Assembly (NCBI GenBank): GCA_051294905.1
Contig: CM119378.1
Location: 27,652,001-27,716,000, forward strand
Reading direction: 5' to 3'
Length of the DNA stretch: 64,000 nucleotides
From: Botryllus schlosseri
Lineage: Eukaryota
Positions 1 through 17,400 of the stretch are shown here, piece by piece. Under the pieces are notes generated by a model, which did no database searches, was not told the origin of the DNA, and worked only from the letters and a program-made list of their open reading frames with translations. The number at the start of each line of letters is the position of its first letter. Position 1 is the first letter of the stretch. The position numbers were made by a program, and so were the translations under genes.

Positions 1-3000
1 CAGCCCGTTGCCTAGCCGCTTGTTCGTTAATCCTTTCTTTTTCATCAGCCACCTCAGCGTACAACCTTCTTCTCTGTTGCTGTAACGCCATTTCTTCTTG
101 TTCTAGCTGTTTTTCGTAACGTTGCCGCGCCATTTCGCGTTCCCGATTGCAAGCCGCTTCCTTTTCCATCTCTAGATGTTCTCTCAATTCTTCAGTCTGT
201 CGTATATACCGTTGACCGGCCCTCTCGTCCGATTGTAACAGCTCTGCTTCGTGGATAGCTTTGATTTTTTTCACTTCTTGCTTGTGCCTGGCGATAAGTT
301 TCTGGATTTCCGGTTCCAGGCCTTTCACCGTCATTTCCTTGATAGTACGTGTTTTTTCGTCAATCCATTTTTCTCTGCGTAGCTTTTCGGCCGCCGCGTA
401 GATTTCTTTTTGCTTTTTCGATTCGACCGCGTGAGTCTCTTGCAGCTCCCTGATTTTTTTCTTATATTTATTTTCGGAATCCTTCATCTCAATAACGACA
501 CGTTCGCATTTTTCGTTCAACGTTTTCTTATCGTCGATTAACTGATCGATAAAAGACAAATGTCTTTTGATTGTGGCTTCGTATTGCTCTTTCTGCATTC
601 GCAATCTTTGATTCAATTCCTTGTCTTGATCCTGGACTTGACGCAGAGACAACTCGCGGTGTTGCTGTAAAGCTTTTTTGAGCATGTCCACACTTTTGGT
701 CTTTTCGTCGACTTCCAGTCTTAGCTGCAGTAACTCGGAGGTCACGTTCGAGGCTACCTTTTCAGCCTCTGCCATTTCCGCTATCTTTTCAGACTCCGCC
801 ACAGTTTCCGTTTGATTTACACCATCAGAAACCTTACTAACCTCAGATTTCGCGGCTTCATATTCTTGATCGCGTTTCTCGGCTTTATCCAAAAAATCCA
901 TTAAATTGCTGAGTTTCGCTTTCGTCAAGATTACGTCTGAATTAGAAGCCGCATTATCTCCGGCCCCGCTCAAAGCGCTTTTCGTATTTGAAACAACGCT
1001 CTGATGGTCGCTTTGCATCTCGTCAATCCATGACAATTTTTCATCAAACTTACTACCGACGGGTTTCACAAGTTGCTCCGGTTCCGCCTCTAATTGCTGT
1101 ATGGTTTCGAGTAAACTTTCCAACAATCCTTGACTTTGCGACGTGCTGATTCCTGTTGATTCGCACTGTATGTCTTCCGGAATACTTTCCATCGAGCTTA
1201 CTGATTTTGTTTGTGTTTTTTCCGTATCGGTTTTGGTTTGCTGGAATAAGTTATCGATTTTTTCCTCCACTTCTCTGACAGCGTCTGCTTCCGAGACATT
1301 CAATGATTTATCCGGTTGTTCTGGCTGCTTTGGTTTTGCGGGTATTTTTTTCTTGCTACGCTTTTCCGTTACTTTAGCCATTTCTTTCTCCACTATCGAT
1401 TTATACTCTCTTTCTTGCAACTCTCTGCTTTTCGACAATTCCGCAATCGCTTTCCTTCTCTCCTCTCTCTCTCGTTCCTTTCTCTTTCTCCTCCTCTCTT
1501 CTTCGCTACGTTGACGCGTCCTTTGCTTGTCCTCGTTCATGCTGCTTTCCACTTCCGTCTTCTTTTGTTGCATGAGTCTCTTCAAGGCGGCTTGGCTGGA
1601 TTTTTTGCGTTGCGAGTGACGTCGGTACCATTTCTGTATTTTGACCGCAGACTTTTCCCTTTCTTCCAAAATATTTCCTGCAGGGATAAGCAAAGGTGTT
1701 CAGTAATCAAGTACTTGCAGTTTTTCGGACTACTCGGTTATGTGTTGAATTGATTATAGACCACTTCCTCCTCTAATTAACAAAACTATATACCGTTCAA
1801 ACTTTGGATTCTGTAAAGTAGTAAGTAGTTTTGAGATATGTTTGCATCACTCTTATAAGTAAAATAACCCTTGATTCTCGGTAAATGAATATATTTTCGA
1901 AAAGTGCACCAATCTGCAGTAGGCCTATCATTAGTATGGCTGAACAAAATCAATACCTGAGTGATTTGATTCTGAAGAGAGTAGGCCTACCGTATTTGAT
2001 TTTCGCTCATCAGATCATACGGATGATATGGAAAGTTCAAATGTGTTATCTTTTCCAAAGAATCCTCAAAGAACATAATTCCGGTTCGGCATCGCAATAA
2101 AGATAATTCAGTACTATATCGACCATGCCTATTTTATTGCACTTTGTGACAATGCTGTGGGTTAATCAAGACTCACGATATGTCATAAGATACAGACACA
2201 TATAAGTCATCTACCTGATTCGTATGCTGCGATACGGCTGTTTGAGGGGGATAAATTGTGAGTTGGTGAGCGTGCGCAGACTCGTCAAAAATCAGAGGCA
2301 ACATTGCTCGTACCCATAAAACGGTCCAAGCCACTGTTTTATGTTAAAGGGCCATTCTCTCAATATGATACTGTCTTAAATTTGAGCATCAATCATGAAA
2401 AACATTCTTCAACAAGTCACCTAATTCGAACTGCAGCTAAATAATTTCAGTCTGTCAGTCGTGGAGATGCATTTTGGGATTTTCAACATAGGACTTTTGA
2501 CATTGCCTTGGTAATCGCTGCTTGTGCTCGTAGGGGAGGAGAAATTTACGGCGTTACTATCATCATCATTTCAAATAAATTTCACCAAATCTAAACACCA
2601 CATGATTGCGATAAAATGAAGAGATAGGAACTTATTTCGAAACTACTTTGATCACCTCTGGAAATATGCAATGTTTGACAGTTAGATGCAGAACTTTACC
2701 TTTTGTAGAATTAGAGTGAATGTGGTACGGTTTCTTTGTCTTCATATGGTTTTCATCGGAATATTGTGTCGCTGATGACTTTCGCGCATTGGTTGGATCT
2801 TCAAGAATCTGTTTTGTTTGTGCAGATGGATCTTTACTTTTTGTTGAATGAGAGTTCGGAAGCGCTGTATTTTCCTTCTTCATTTTGCTCTTAGAAGCTA
2901 CAGTGTATTGCTCAGACCGACTGACAGGCATGTGCGTTGATTTAAACCCTTGTCTGACAGAGTCAATATCAGAATATGATGATCTATTCGATCCAGCAGC

Positions 3001-3285
3001 TGTGCTGATCTGGCGTCTCGACGGAGATTCAAACAAGGCTAAATAGTCAGTAGAGCTATGAGTATTAGCTCGCCGAGGTGATGACCTATATTCGCCAGTC
3101 TTCTCGAAAGAGGGAGCCAAACCGCCTTTAGATCTTCTCTCTCCATTCTGTGAGTTCAACGACGAAGCATTGGCAGAGCGAATTCGGCGCGAGTCACCAG
3201 CAGAAGTACGAGATCGTGCCGACAAACTGCGCGAACCTTGTTGGATAGGTGATATAGACTTTCCTGTCAAGCTGAGTTCGGACAT
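1..3285 (-). CDS. CEP131: Centrosomal protein CEP131 (AZI1) homolog, 5' part; coding exons 3285-2700 and 1677-<1 (continues off the window)
   Basis: Exon 1 begins MSELSLTGK (cf. human DLSLTG). GT donor at 2699 and AG acceptor at 1679-1678 join in phase 1. Exon 2 reads GNILEEREKSAVKIQKWYRRH (IQ-like motif), then coiled coil including IKEMTVKGLEPE and AEVADEKERINEQAARQRA, as in CEP131. Confidence 0.9.
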
Positions 3286-3676
3286 CTTCACATAACTGCA
3301 AAAGATACAGCGTTACTCACATAATTGATCCTATTCAATTCAAAATAATGAATTTCTACAGCCGACTTTTGAAATAGAATACGAAAGATGGGCATCGTTC
3401 ACGAATCAGGCTTGTACAAACTACCATACTAGTTAACTGACAGTCAACTAACTACAGCTTTTATGAGTAGTTCTTGTTCTAGTTTCAGATTTTCAAAACT
3501 GAGCAGTCCCAGTTGCGCATTAAAAAAAAAGTTTTGAATAGGGGCTAACTAGAAAACATGTGTTGGCGTTTGACGTGAATCGTGATACCGTTGTGTGATG
3601 TTCTGGAAGTCATTGCTAACTACTGGTTTTCGAGAGTGGCGCATTTTGAAAATCCGGTGTATAGTTTACAAAGTGG

Positions 3677-4150
3677 GAGAGAGAGAGAGTCTTTATTTTC
3701 ATCGAACCAAAATACATAACAAACGGCAGTGAGTGTGGTACAGAAAATATGCGTGCACAGTATTCGGTATTAGATAGGAATGATCGATAAGACCGTGAAG
3801 GTCATCTAGTCTGATCACACCAGCATCAAACAGGTACACTTGACTCTGAACAGTCGGGCTGTAAAGAAATGTTTAGTTAAAGGAAAATAGAAAAAAAAAT
3901 TAAACAATGGTGGCAAATGATCAATGAAGCAATGTCTGGGCGAGGTAGGGCAACAGTGTTAGTGTAACGACAAGAGGTGATCAAGTAGGGCTTTTTTGAA
4001 TCTATTATAAGGCAATTCACGGATGTGTGGTGGTAATGCATTCCAGATGATAGGTCCCGAGTAGTCGATAGATCTCTTAGTTAGGTCTGATTGGTTATCA
4101 ATAATATGATCTACGGCGAATGTTTAGCTTTCGTATCAAACTTAATATCA
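3677..4150 (-). mobile_element. 5'-truncated CR1/L2-type LINE 3' end
   Basis: Minus strand encodes an ORF2 C-terminus (RSIDYSGPIIWNALPPHIRELPYNRFKKALLDHLLSLH*). The 3' UTR contains ACTAGATGACCTTCACGGTC, like CR1 3' ends, and ends in a (CT)n tail. Confidence 0.7.
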
Positions 4151-4442
4151 CAAGGAATTAAAGTATGCATAGAAACAGCAACATAAAACTTCCAGAAAAC
4201 ACACGCACCTGCACAAAAGAAACCAAATTCATTCGTTCTCGCGAGCTTCCTAACTGAAAATAATCTTCCAGTGATATGCCAAAAATCAACGGTGCGTAAA
4301 ATTTGAAAACACAAGTCGTTGCCATGTTTGTGACACAGCATTTTCTTGGAGTGATTAGTCAGCATTTGAACAAGCGCTACTCAGGTTGTAGAAATTGTGA
4401 CTTTTGCTTTAGTGCAGTATTCGTTTTGCAGCGTTGATATAG

Positions 4443-7197
<2,755 letters not shown>

Positions 7198-8228
7198 CCA
7201 TTGTTGCGGGGTATATTGTTTGAGAACATGAATGACAGATTTGTTGGTATGAAAGCCCTATGCCGTCGCGGTTCTTGTGAAATGCAATCTATTTTGGGGT
7301 ATGTTTTATTCTAGCATATCTGCCGTAAATTTCCTACGGACTGCATTTATCTGTCTGTGGATTAAACCACATTTCACACTGACTGTTGTTCTTTCTGGGA
7401 GTGGTTGACAGGGTGGTATCCCGGTTGCAAGTCGATTTGACATTCATAGTTTTGACTCAAGTCGTAATAGGTCACAGTTCATTGATGAGATCAAGATGGG
7501 TTGATTCACTTCTGCGAACTAATGGGTGATATCAAAGGCCTTCATTATATACTAGTTTTTTACTTGAAACCGCCTATCCTTGAAGTTACTGTCATGATGC
7601 ACCTGAAATGAATCAAGTAGATTGTTAACGGTAACTCTAGTTCATGAGTCATTATACCAGTGACCAGTGATTTTCAAGCTGTATGATGGTTTGCACTTGC
7701 GCGAATGAAAAATCTGGATGAGTGCAAATGAAAATTGTGCATGTCATTTTTCTGACGTGGAATGATTCAAATAAACCCAATGGGGAATTCAAGGGCAGTG
7801 TAACTTTTGTAGTTGCGACGCAATTGTAAAAACTTGTTCACCTTACGACGCACCACTAATCGTAGCGCTCACAGACCTACCATTATTACGTAACCAAAAG
7901 CCTGGTTTGCAAGCTAGTGTAGTGGCAGGCATACAGTATATCAGACCGTCTGAGCCCGAGACAAGCTGAAAAATGACGTTAAATTGACTTTCTGCAGTCT
8001 TTCGCTTTAATCATACTTTAATAACTGTTCAATTATCACGAGGCACAAGGATAGTAGTACATTACATACTCACATTTGAGAGTTACTGTAACGAAAATTT
8101 CTTCCCACTGAAGTATGGACCGCAACCCTTTTTGGGTCAGCACGGTGCCAGAGCCATCTGTTAATATGTATGTCATATTTGTTGAATTAATTGCAAAAAA
8201 TCCTGCGATAGTTTTTACATATCCAAGG

Positions 8229-9751
8229 CAGTGTTGGGATCAAGTCACTACCTTCGAGTCACGAGTCATTGCACATTTTGACTCGAGTCAAGTCAAGTCA
8301 ATAGATTTTCAAAAGTGACTCGAGTCAAGTCAAGTCACTCGGTTTTTGGAGGTGACTCGAGTCAAGTCGAGTCAAGTCAAGTCACGAGTCAAGTCACAAT
8401 TCAAGTCAAGTTGCCGTTTCGAGGCGTGAGGGATGATTAATTACGTCACTGCATTTTGCTAGCTATCTGAAATAGAAATTGAGTGGTCATTGATTTTGAA
8501 GCAATGAACGAATATAGAGTTAAATATACATGCAAGAAGTCGCTGTTTCGCTCACATATACGCAGAACTTCTAAACTACGTAAGTGATTGCATAGCCTCA
8601 GTTTATATAGTTACGAGCCAAAATAAAGAATAGAGAAACGAATTGATAAGAGGCAATATATTGACCAAAATTACCATTTACAAATTGATATGATGCAATT
8701 CGAGCCTGCGCCAATGGTTGAGGACTATGTGAACTATACCCGAATTAAATTTCAATAAAACAAACAGGTTTGATTAAGGTAAGAACAGAGATATACATTT
8801 TGCTATTAAACTACTATACTATACTAGTTTACGACAACGTCATCATTGGTTTATTAGCAATTTTATCAGTTCAATACACCACAAAAAATGCGATACAATG
8901 AAAAGACAGGAAGATGTCGAAGCGACAAGGAGTAGTCTATGGAATCTGACACCCACCTTGGCCTAGGCGATGTAAAGAGGAGGCATGCACACTGAATGAA
9001 AGTAAAGAAGATAGTATAGAAAAAGGATGCGACAAGAAATAGGGCGGCATGTCAAGGGAAGCGAGATCGATAGGTCAGTCGTGGTCCGGTAATCTTGAGG
9101 ATGGACTGTATTTATTTAGTAGTAATTGTTTGTATTTCGACTTGAATGTGGACATGCTCGTCGACTGTCTGATGGCCGGCGGGATACTGTTCCACACATC
9201 AGGTCCGGCATATTTGATGGAGCGATGATCTTTTCGGTCGATCATATGATATTTGGACGACGTGGACGCGCGTGTGTTGTACTTGTGCGCTTTTGATTCA
9301 GAGGTAAAGAAGTCATTGAAATATTCGGGGCAACGACCGCAGTGAAACTGATACATAAACTTGGCGATTTCTAGTTTCCGCATATCTTCTATGTTTAGGA
9401 CGTAAGCTTCGATCACTTCGTTTGAGGTCAATTTATTTGTGAGAGAACAATGGAGGCTTAGTGAAACGCACGGTCATTGAATTATAGAGATTCAATCTCT
9501 ATAATTGAATGATTGGTCGCTTTCACGGGTTACACCAGCGTTTCGCGAACAATCCGACCATATATCCGGTGATTTTTATCGACATCGATTTATGACTTGA
9601 AATTGACTCGTGAATTTTGCTCCGAGTCACGAGTCATTCCACATTTCTGATACGCCAAGTCAAGTCAAGTCATTTTAGCAAAGTGACTCGAGTCAAGTCA
9701 TACAAAAAAGGTGACTCGAGTCAAGTCATGACTCGAGTCATCCCAACACTG
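8229..9751. mobile_element. Non-autonomous hAT element (GACTCGAGTC-rich family) with a nested LINE fragment
   Basis: TIR CAGTGTTGGGA/TCCCAACACTG; flanking 8-mers ATCCAAGG/ATCCGAGG (7/8 match); subterminal GACTCGAGTCAAGTC arrays. Confidence 0.8.
8841..9402 (-). mobile_element. 5'-truncated copy of the 44 kb LINE (ORF2 C-terminus, 3' UTR, (ATG)n tail)
   Basis: Near-identical to the reverse complement of 46020-46590; encodes LNIEDMRKLEIAKFMYQFH...YAGPDVWNSIP. Confidence 0.9.
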
Positions 9752-11483
9752 ATCCGAGGTCACTGTGTTGGGTACTGTGGCCAATAACCAAGACACGTCG
9801 AAAATATGGCTTTATCATGAGAAGTCATGAGATTTGTCCGACTGTCTGGAAAACAAGGTCGAAGACTGTTTGGATGAACTAGTGTAGGGGTGTGCAACGG
9901 GCGAGTTTAGGCCTATGAGACTCATTCATTTAGACACCAACCCCTTCTGCGTCGGGGCACATGACGACGTAAAGTTTTGACCAACAAACCGCCGATGAAA
10001 TGCGATGCCACAAACATAAGCCGCGACAGAACCTTGACCAAAAAATGACCGATGCTGGATGGCCAAACCTTTCAATATGGATATGCTCCGTTGTCGGCAC
10101 GGAATAGCCCTGTTCTTGCTATCTGAGTAGACAGCAGTACAACTACGACACGCAGAGGTATTTAATTCACCCTAATTTGAAATCACGTGCGTCAGACATG
10201 TTTTGTAGAGCTGTGTTGGGTAGAATTGTGGTGAGCGTGTTCCATACGTCACACATGTCCGTAAAATCGTAGCATACTACTATAATATTAAAAATGAATT
10301 CCTTCTCATGGGTGAGGCTCGGGTCGCGACTTGCGAGATGCCACAAAAACTCAAATTTTGGTGGTATGAAAAGCTGCTTTACCGTTATTAAAAAGTTATG
10401 CATTCTCAAGTTAGATTGAGCTAAAGAGCAGAACACACAGTATCGTTAATTTATCTGCTCTTCTCATATACTCGCGAGACAGAAAATGGGAAATAAAAAA
10501 AACACAAGTTAGGGTAGCGAGGTAGCGACTAGCGAGCTCTAATGTGCCTACTCTCCTTGATCGTTTTGGACCATATTTTTCAAGACATAAGGCAGAAGAC
10601 TCAACACAAACATGTGGGTTTTTCATCCTTTCGACTAACTGGAGCCTCAGAGACCTTTTGTCTCAGCTCTCAAAAACGTTTTCTGCCAGCAAGCATTTTT
10701 CACTCGCGAAAAATACGTTGTATTTTGGATAGAATTAAAGAACAGCTGCCATTCATGTACTAGTAGACGTTCTTGTACAAAACCCAACAACTTGTTTGGC
10801 CAAGGGTTTTGGTGAAATAGTTGAAATCAAAACAAGCGAAAAAGGTTGCCTTTTTAATGAGGCACTTGATAGCTTAAGCTACATAGCAGCCAATTTGTTG
10901 CACATCTGCACAAAATGTTAAATATCTTCATATTCTTTGTGTGAAACATGTTTTGGTTAGTTTGTGCGAATGAAATTTATTTTACAAAAAAGCGCGAATG
11001 GAGCTCAGAAAGGTTGAAAAGAACTGCTCTAGTCATTTAGGGTTACCATATTTTGGAGACACTATTTAATATAAACCTACTAGAAAACGGGTAACTCAGG
11101 ACTTTTTAGAAACAGTCTTTGTACTGACTAAAAAAAGGTTATTTTTCTAATTTAACTACCGAAAAGACCAGCTCGAAAGTCCAGATTTCATGTCATTTAT
11201 GGCATTTTTTAGTTGCCTGTGAGAGCTAAATGACGAATTGCCAAGGAGGACATTTTCGATTTCCTGATAAAGAAGGATGTATGAAAGAACAAATAGGCCC
11301 TGTTTGTACTTTATGTCTGAAAAGTTGATTGTTAGTTGGCTTAGTTGACACCAACTTGACAGTACTCGCAGAGCAGGAATTCGTGTATTGTGGTGTTATT
11401 AATGTTGGACAACATTGTCAGATTTGTTGGTATGACAACCCCATGTGCTGTCGCACAATAACCGGAATCAATTCCGAGGTGTT

Positions 11484-14400
11484 TTACTCTACCGCAAATT
11501 TCAAACGGATTGCATTAGTCTGTGGAATAAACCATATTTCATACTTAATGTTCTGTCCACCAGTGACATCCACTGGTTTTCTAAGGAAGAATACGCCTTG
11601 TTTGTAATTCATATTCCAAGTTGAATTCTTAGCTAGCCCAGTTGATAGGACATTGTCTTTGTTGAGCTCATATTCCATCCACAATACTACGCCGTGGCAT
11701 GTCTCACCAGCATCAGGAAGCAGTTGAATATATCCAGAAACATCAATGTCATCAGTTGAAATGGGCTTGGTAAAATCAAATTCACATACACTCTGAGGTG
11801 AACTGAGCAGTTTGTTCGGGTATTCCCACAAAGCGTGTGGCTCTGGTTCGTGGTAATCTTCCGTCTCCATAGCTTCATCTATCATCTCATCCATAATGGA
11901 TACATCAAACCCTTCCACATTGCCGATAGGAGCTCTTATTTTGTACAAGTCTTCAAACTCCACGGCTACTAGATGTAGTGTAGCTTTGGCAGGGACAATC
12001 CTTGCGTCAGGAGAAAGGAATGTGTTGAGGGCTGATCTTACGTGCCAGAATTCAAGGTCAAACCAAGGCAGTAAGGATTTGTTGAAGAATGGTTCCCCTA
12101 TCAACAGGTTTACAGATTGGTTGATTGGTAGCTCATATTTTTCATGCGAATCCACATTGAGAACAGTCACTTTATCACTTAATCGATTATGGCTCACTAA
12201 ATTCTGAATACCTCTCTGAGCTATGCGGTTTGACTCCAAAGAATAAATACGATTCTTGGAAAAACACCCCACAAAAAGGGGTAAAAGGCTAACGTCACTG
12301 ACGCAAACAGTAGTGTGATTTTCCAGGCTGAAGTCAACAGTTTTGAGAACATCCACAATACATTTGTTCCTGCTTTCATCGTTCAACATTGCCAGGCGAG
12401 GTCGACTCCATAGCATACGCGGTAGATAATCACACACCGGGTGTTCCACGCGGTCCGAAATCATCTCTTTGGTTTCATGAGTCGACGCGTCAAACCACAT
12501 AGAGTAAGCGTCGTGGTTTGCCGCGATGAATATGTCGCAACCCTTGTCCACTTTGAATGCACGTGGCAAAAAGTAGACGCTTTGCATCCAATGATCGCGC
12601 CACTGCATGGTGTCAGGAGTAGGGTGGAACCAATATGGCGCTGTACTCAGGAGGATATCACCCTTCGTGTCCATATTGAGCGTCCACCATGACAGCAAGA
12701 CCTGGTAAATTAATTGCAAGTATGAGAAGGGCTAATTTTAACACCTTTGCATAAAGTTACTGCTGGTTAAACGACAGTTTTCTAGTTTCCATACTTTAGT
12801 ATACGACTGATATTGAAATCTCACGGTACGTAAATAATATCTTAGGTACTGTAAGATAATTTTTTGTCAACTTTGCACTTGTCTTCTGCTTAGAAATAAA
12901 ATACTTCGTAACAATTTTCTAACTTCGTATATTTCAGTCCATGACTGATATTAAAATTTCACGTCTAGTACGGTACGCAAGTCATATTTTTAGTACACTT
13001 ACTATTTTTCAGGGTTGTAATGACTAGACTCGAGTCACGATTTTTTGGCGACATGATATGACTCGAGTCATTTATTCAAACGTGTAATGTATCGACTCTA
13101 CTTGTACTCGAGTCATTACCAAGTCATACTACTCGAGACTAGGACGGCTAAGACAGACCTCCTCGGAACTGAGTGTTAAAAGTACAAAACCATTAAAATG
13201 TGATTTCCACACGAAAGGAAAATATGATAATGAACATTTATTGCAAATCAGTGCGACTTTTGCTGTTTCCTTTCGGATACCAGAACTGAACTTTCAGAAA
13301 CGCCATATTGTGCAGTCGAAACGCAACAGTGTGATACCAACCAGAGCTGTGGAGTCTGAGTCATTGTTTGGCAATTTTTCACTTAATGGAGTCGGATTCG
13401 TGAAGACTATAGTGGCGGAGTCGAAGTTTGTGAAAATGACCCTGACTTCGACTCCAACTTCGTTTTTATGAAAACAATTGCTCTCAAAGCTATCTTTAAA
13501 TTACTAATAACAACTACAATATGATTATTATACTCCATCAATCACTGTTATTATTACCAATATTGATAAAATTGGGCATCATTTGCAAATTGCAATTCAG
13601 TTGCATCGAGGAAGATAATCGCAATATGAATTAGAATTATACCATGATACTGTGACAGAGTAAATACATGGTATGGTTTTGTAAATTGTTCAATTGATGT
13701 AAATATTACCAAATGCTAGACAAAATTTAAAATAATTGTAGTGTAGCTCAGCTGCTTGGGTCGAACAAATGATTAGGAAAGACCGCATGTCCTGGTCCTT
13801 GTATACTCGACTAGGTGCATGTAGACTAGACATATGCTATTGATTACTTCCTAAATTTCGTTTCTGACCAATGTTTATTAGTAGTGAGAGTGTGTGTGCT
13901 TGTAATCAGTATAGTGTGTAGTGAGAAAATTAGTACCGGGTATGTTACATCTCAGTATTGGTTGCTGACTTAATACGCAAGTGCTACACTTCGGTTGTTT
14001 TATCTACATTTTAATGATACAGGATTAGATCTATGTCACGTTAAATGATTCATACATATTAGGGTATTAGAGAGTCCATGTTATAAAAACTTTTAAAAAA
14101 TGTAATAGAAGGATATTTGGAAAGGCATTCTCCTATTTTAATAGCATAATGAATAATTCTGTGGTATAATGAAAAAAATTGCATGCCGTCGTTAATCATA
14201 TGTTTGCATATGTTTAATGGTTATAGGATAGTCATTTGACCATGACTGGGGCATATAATTTTCAAAGTAAATTGGTAATACTGTTGGAGTCGGTACCTTT
14301 AAAGACTGAACGAGTCGGAATATTGAAAATGTGTGGAGTCGGTGGTAAAATTTATGAATTCGACAGCCCTGATACCAATGGCATAATTACGAATAAGCTC

Positions 14401-17400
14401 ATAAATACTGGATTGCCATTTCAGAACAATAGGTTTTGATTCCGAAACCCAACCGCGGATGCGTACACCACTGCATACGACATACGAATTCAGTGAGTCA
14501 TGACTTCCAGGAAACCTTGATTCTGGCTGAGTAAGCCCCGAGGAATCTACCGACATAGACCTTACCACCATAAATACTCCCAAATATACAACAGTTACCT
14601 GAGCCATTCCTGAAGAAGCCTTTGTCTTAACAATCCGTTTGCTAGGTGTCGGCGATAAATCTTTGCTGTTCCAATCAAACTGAAATACTTTGACCGCACC
14701 GGTAATCTCCTTGAACTGGTCCCGTTTGATCTGGGACAATTGTATATCATGGACTGCGGGAACACCGGGACAATCCTTCATGTCAGGGTCAGGTTCGATT
14801 GTATCTTCTTTCCCGTTATCATGTTGAATCTTGATAGGATTCAGCACATGCCAGGAATGCATCACTTTCGATTCAACCAGTTGAACGTAAGTGCTGGCCG
14901 AGTGCGGAACTGATATTGATTCCTGTAAGAGAATAGCGATAGTCTTCATACGATACTATTCAGTAATCAAATCCTGTTTGGAGAGAGTTGTCTATGAATC
15001 TTTAATCACCAAAAAGTAGATAGTATTTGCCAAAAATGGAAATACATTGGAGAGAAGTGTTACTGATATTGATGAATGAAGGGTGTTCTTGAGCAATCAA
15101 TAGCCTACATTGATATTGTACAGTTACCAGATAATGTTGCATTCAACTTATGCATTTGAAAACATCAATAGCCTAATTTTTTATTGGGATAAAAAATGAA
15201 CAAGTCTGTTAAGTCAGTGACACAAGCGAGGCAACGTTTGGCATGTCAGCATTTAGTAATAGATATTGCCTACTTCCAGTACTTCCTCAAGTAGTTATGA
15301 TTAACTACTACTTGTAATTAGTGGCTTCCAGTTTTTAGTCAAAACTAGGCCTCAAATACTGCCCATCGAGTACCAACTATGACTACTTTGACCACTGCAT
15401 ATAACGTTTACCTGCATTTAAGCCATAGTTGTATATAACCGTCGCATGGAAATTTCAGTTCTGAAATAGGCTTGCTGATAAAAAAGTTTGACAAACCTGG
15501 AGTATATTGCAGAATACGTCATATAAGAATGATGCTATCTGCATCTGTTCCTTATGTTCACCAGTCTCTAACGTACTTACCTCTTCCATCAAGTTCTGGT
15601 GAGCGTGATGGTATGCAACAAGAGCTCCTTCTCCAATCAATTCAGTATCGAAAAGCTCAGTAACCAGAATGTTAGCTTTTTCCTATAGATATAATCAAAT
15701 GATTAGGCACAGGTATTATAATTAGGGCTGGTCAAAGTAATTCAATTACTCAACTTGTACGCTTCTTGCCACTAAGAGTTAATTTATCGGCGCCCTAATC
15801 ATAATATACAGTAGATTGTATTTGAGCAATGATAGGAATCATGAAGTTCTGAATCAATCATTCACATGCTGCACACATGTTCCATCAGCAGATTTTGACA
15901 GGAAACCAAAAATCATCAATGATTAGTACCGTAATTTTCCGAATATAGTGCGCCCCCATGAATAATACGCACCCTTAAAATGACGTGTAAATTCTTGGAA
16001 AAAGCCTGTACCCATGTATAGTACGCATCCTGCATTCGCGGTACATGAATAGTTGTTTTAGTACACAATGTTGTTCTGTTTTGCGTTGTCACTGTCGAAC
16101 AATCATGACATAACCATCGCTAATCATTATACAATGAACGGCATTGTCTCTAAACGAGAGTAGATAGTAGCCAAAGCCTGTGAGGCCGGTGACGCGATAG
16201 TTCAGGCTCGCGACACACGACATCTTGCGCACGAGGCCTATTACAATTACAGATTGCTCAGGCCAACGGTTATGTCGGGCGCACCAGTCCTGTTGGAGAT
16301 GCGACTGATTACGCAAGCGATTATATCTTGCGCACATGGCCTCTTGTGTATGCGATTGTTAAGGTCTGTTGTTGACGCGATGAATCAGCAAGGATTGCCG
16401 CGGACGCTCGTAGCAATCAGCGACCTAATTTCGCTCGCCTACAGACGGCTAACTAACGCAACACGCTTTTCATTAATTGGCAACACGTCTCTATTTGACA
16501 GCGCGTTACACTCTATAATACGAATTACGGGACACGATGGCTAGAGGTGATGCGCGATTGGAAACAAACATGACGAGAGGTGTATTTCAAGTTTTTGATC
16601 GAGGGAAATTTTATTCAAGGCTTGCTGTACCCATGTATAATACGCACCCCCATATTTTAAGGCAAAAAATCGGTAAAATTTTGCGCATTATACATGGAAA
16701 ATTACGGGTAGTACTTTGATTTTAAAGTAACACTATGTACAATTTGTCGTCGTACTGGAGTGCTGTTGGAATATTTATTGTCTTTTTAAGGTATAGCCAG
16801 GCCTGTTTATTTTTGGATTTCTCCAAAAATAACAAAAATAGCTTATTTTTGGATGTTTTCTAATTTTATTTTTGGAGAATCTCCAAAAATAAGAAATTAA
16901 GGTGTTTTGAGCCCTATTACTACTGAAAAAATCCACCAAAAGCATGTTATTATCATGTATTCAAGTCCTCCATCACATAGATATCATCAGTGATCTTGAT
17001 CTAACTTTCCAATACATTCTTCACAAATCTAGTCTTTGGCCTGGAGAATGCCTTCTAAAGAATATTAATCAGTGCGAGACGCCCCGCCGAGACCCTCCTT
17101 GATTTTCGAGATATCGGCCCCGAACGTCGCAATCGTGGGAAACATCGAGGTTAGGGGTCCGAAAATGGAGGAATGTCTAACTCTTCAAACTCTCCAATCT
17201 TAAAAGCCGTTGTTCCTGAAAAGCGCTCGTCGCCACGAAGTTGCGTGCCTCATTGAACTTGACAGCCCAACACCCACTGACCAGAAATGACCTTGTGGCG
17301 GTCCTCGTTGTTCCAGTCCTTCCCTGGACAGAGCTCGAAGGCGTTCGACCTGGCGCATGAGCTCCTGCTGCTCCATGATCAGAACGTCAAGACCATGAAG

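Noticed and set aside
1143-1753. Plus-strand ORFs of 123 and 145 aa
   Set aside because: They are antisense shadows of the E/K-rich CEP131 exon.
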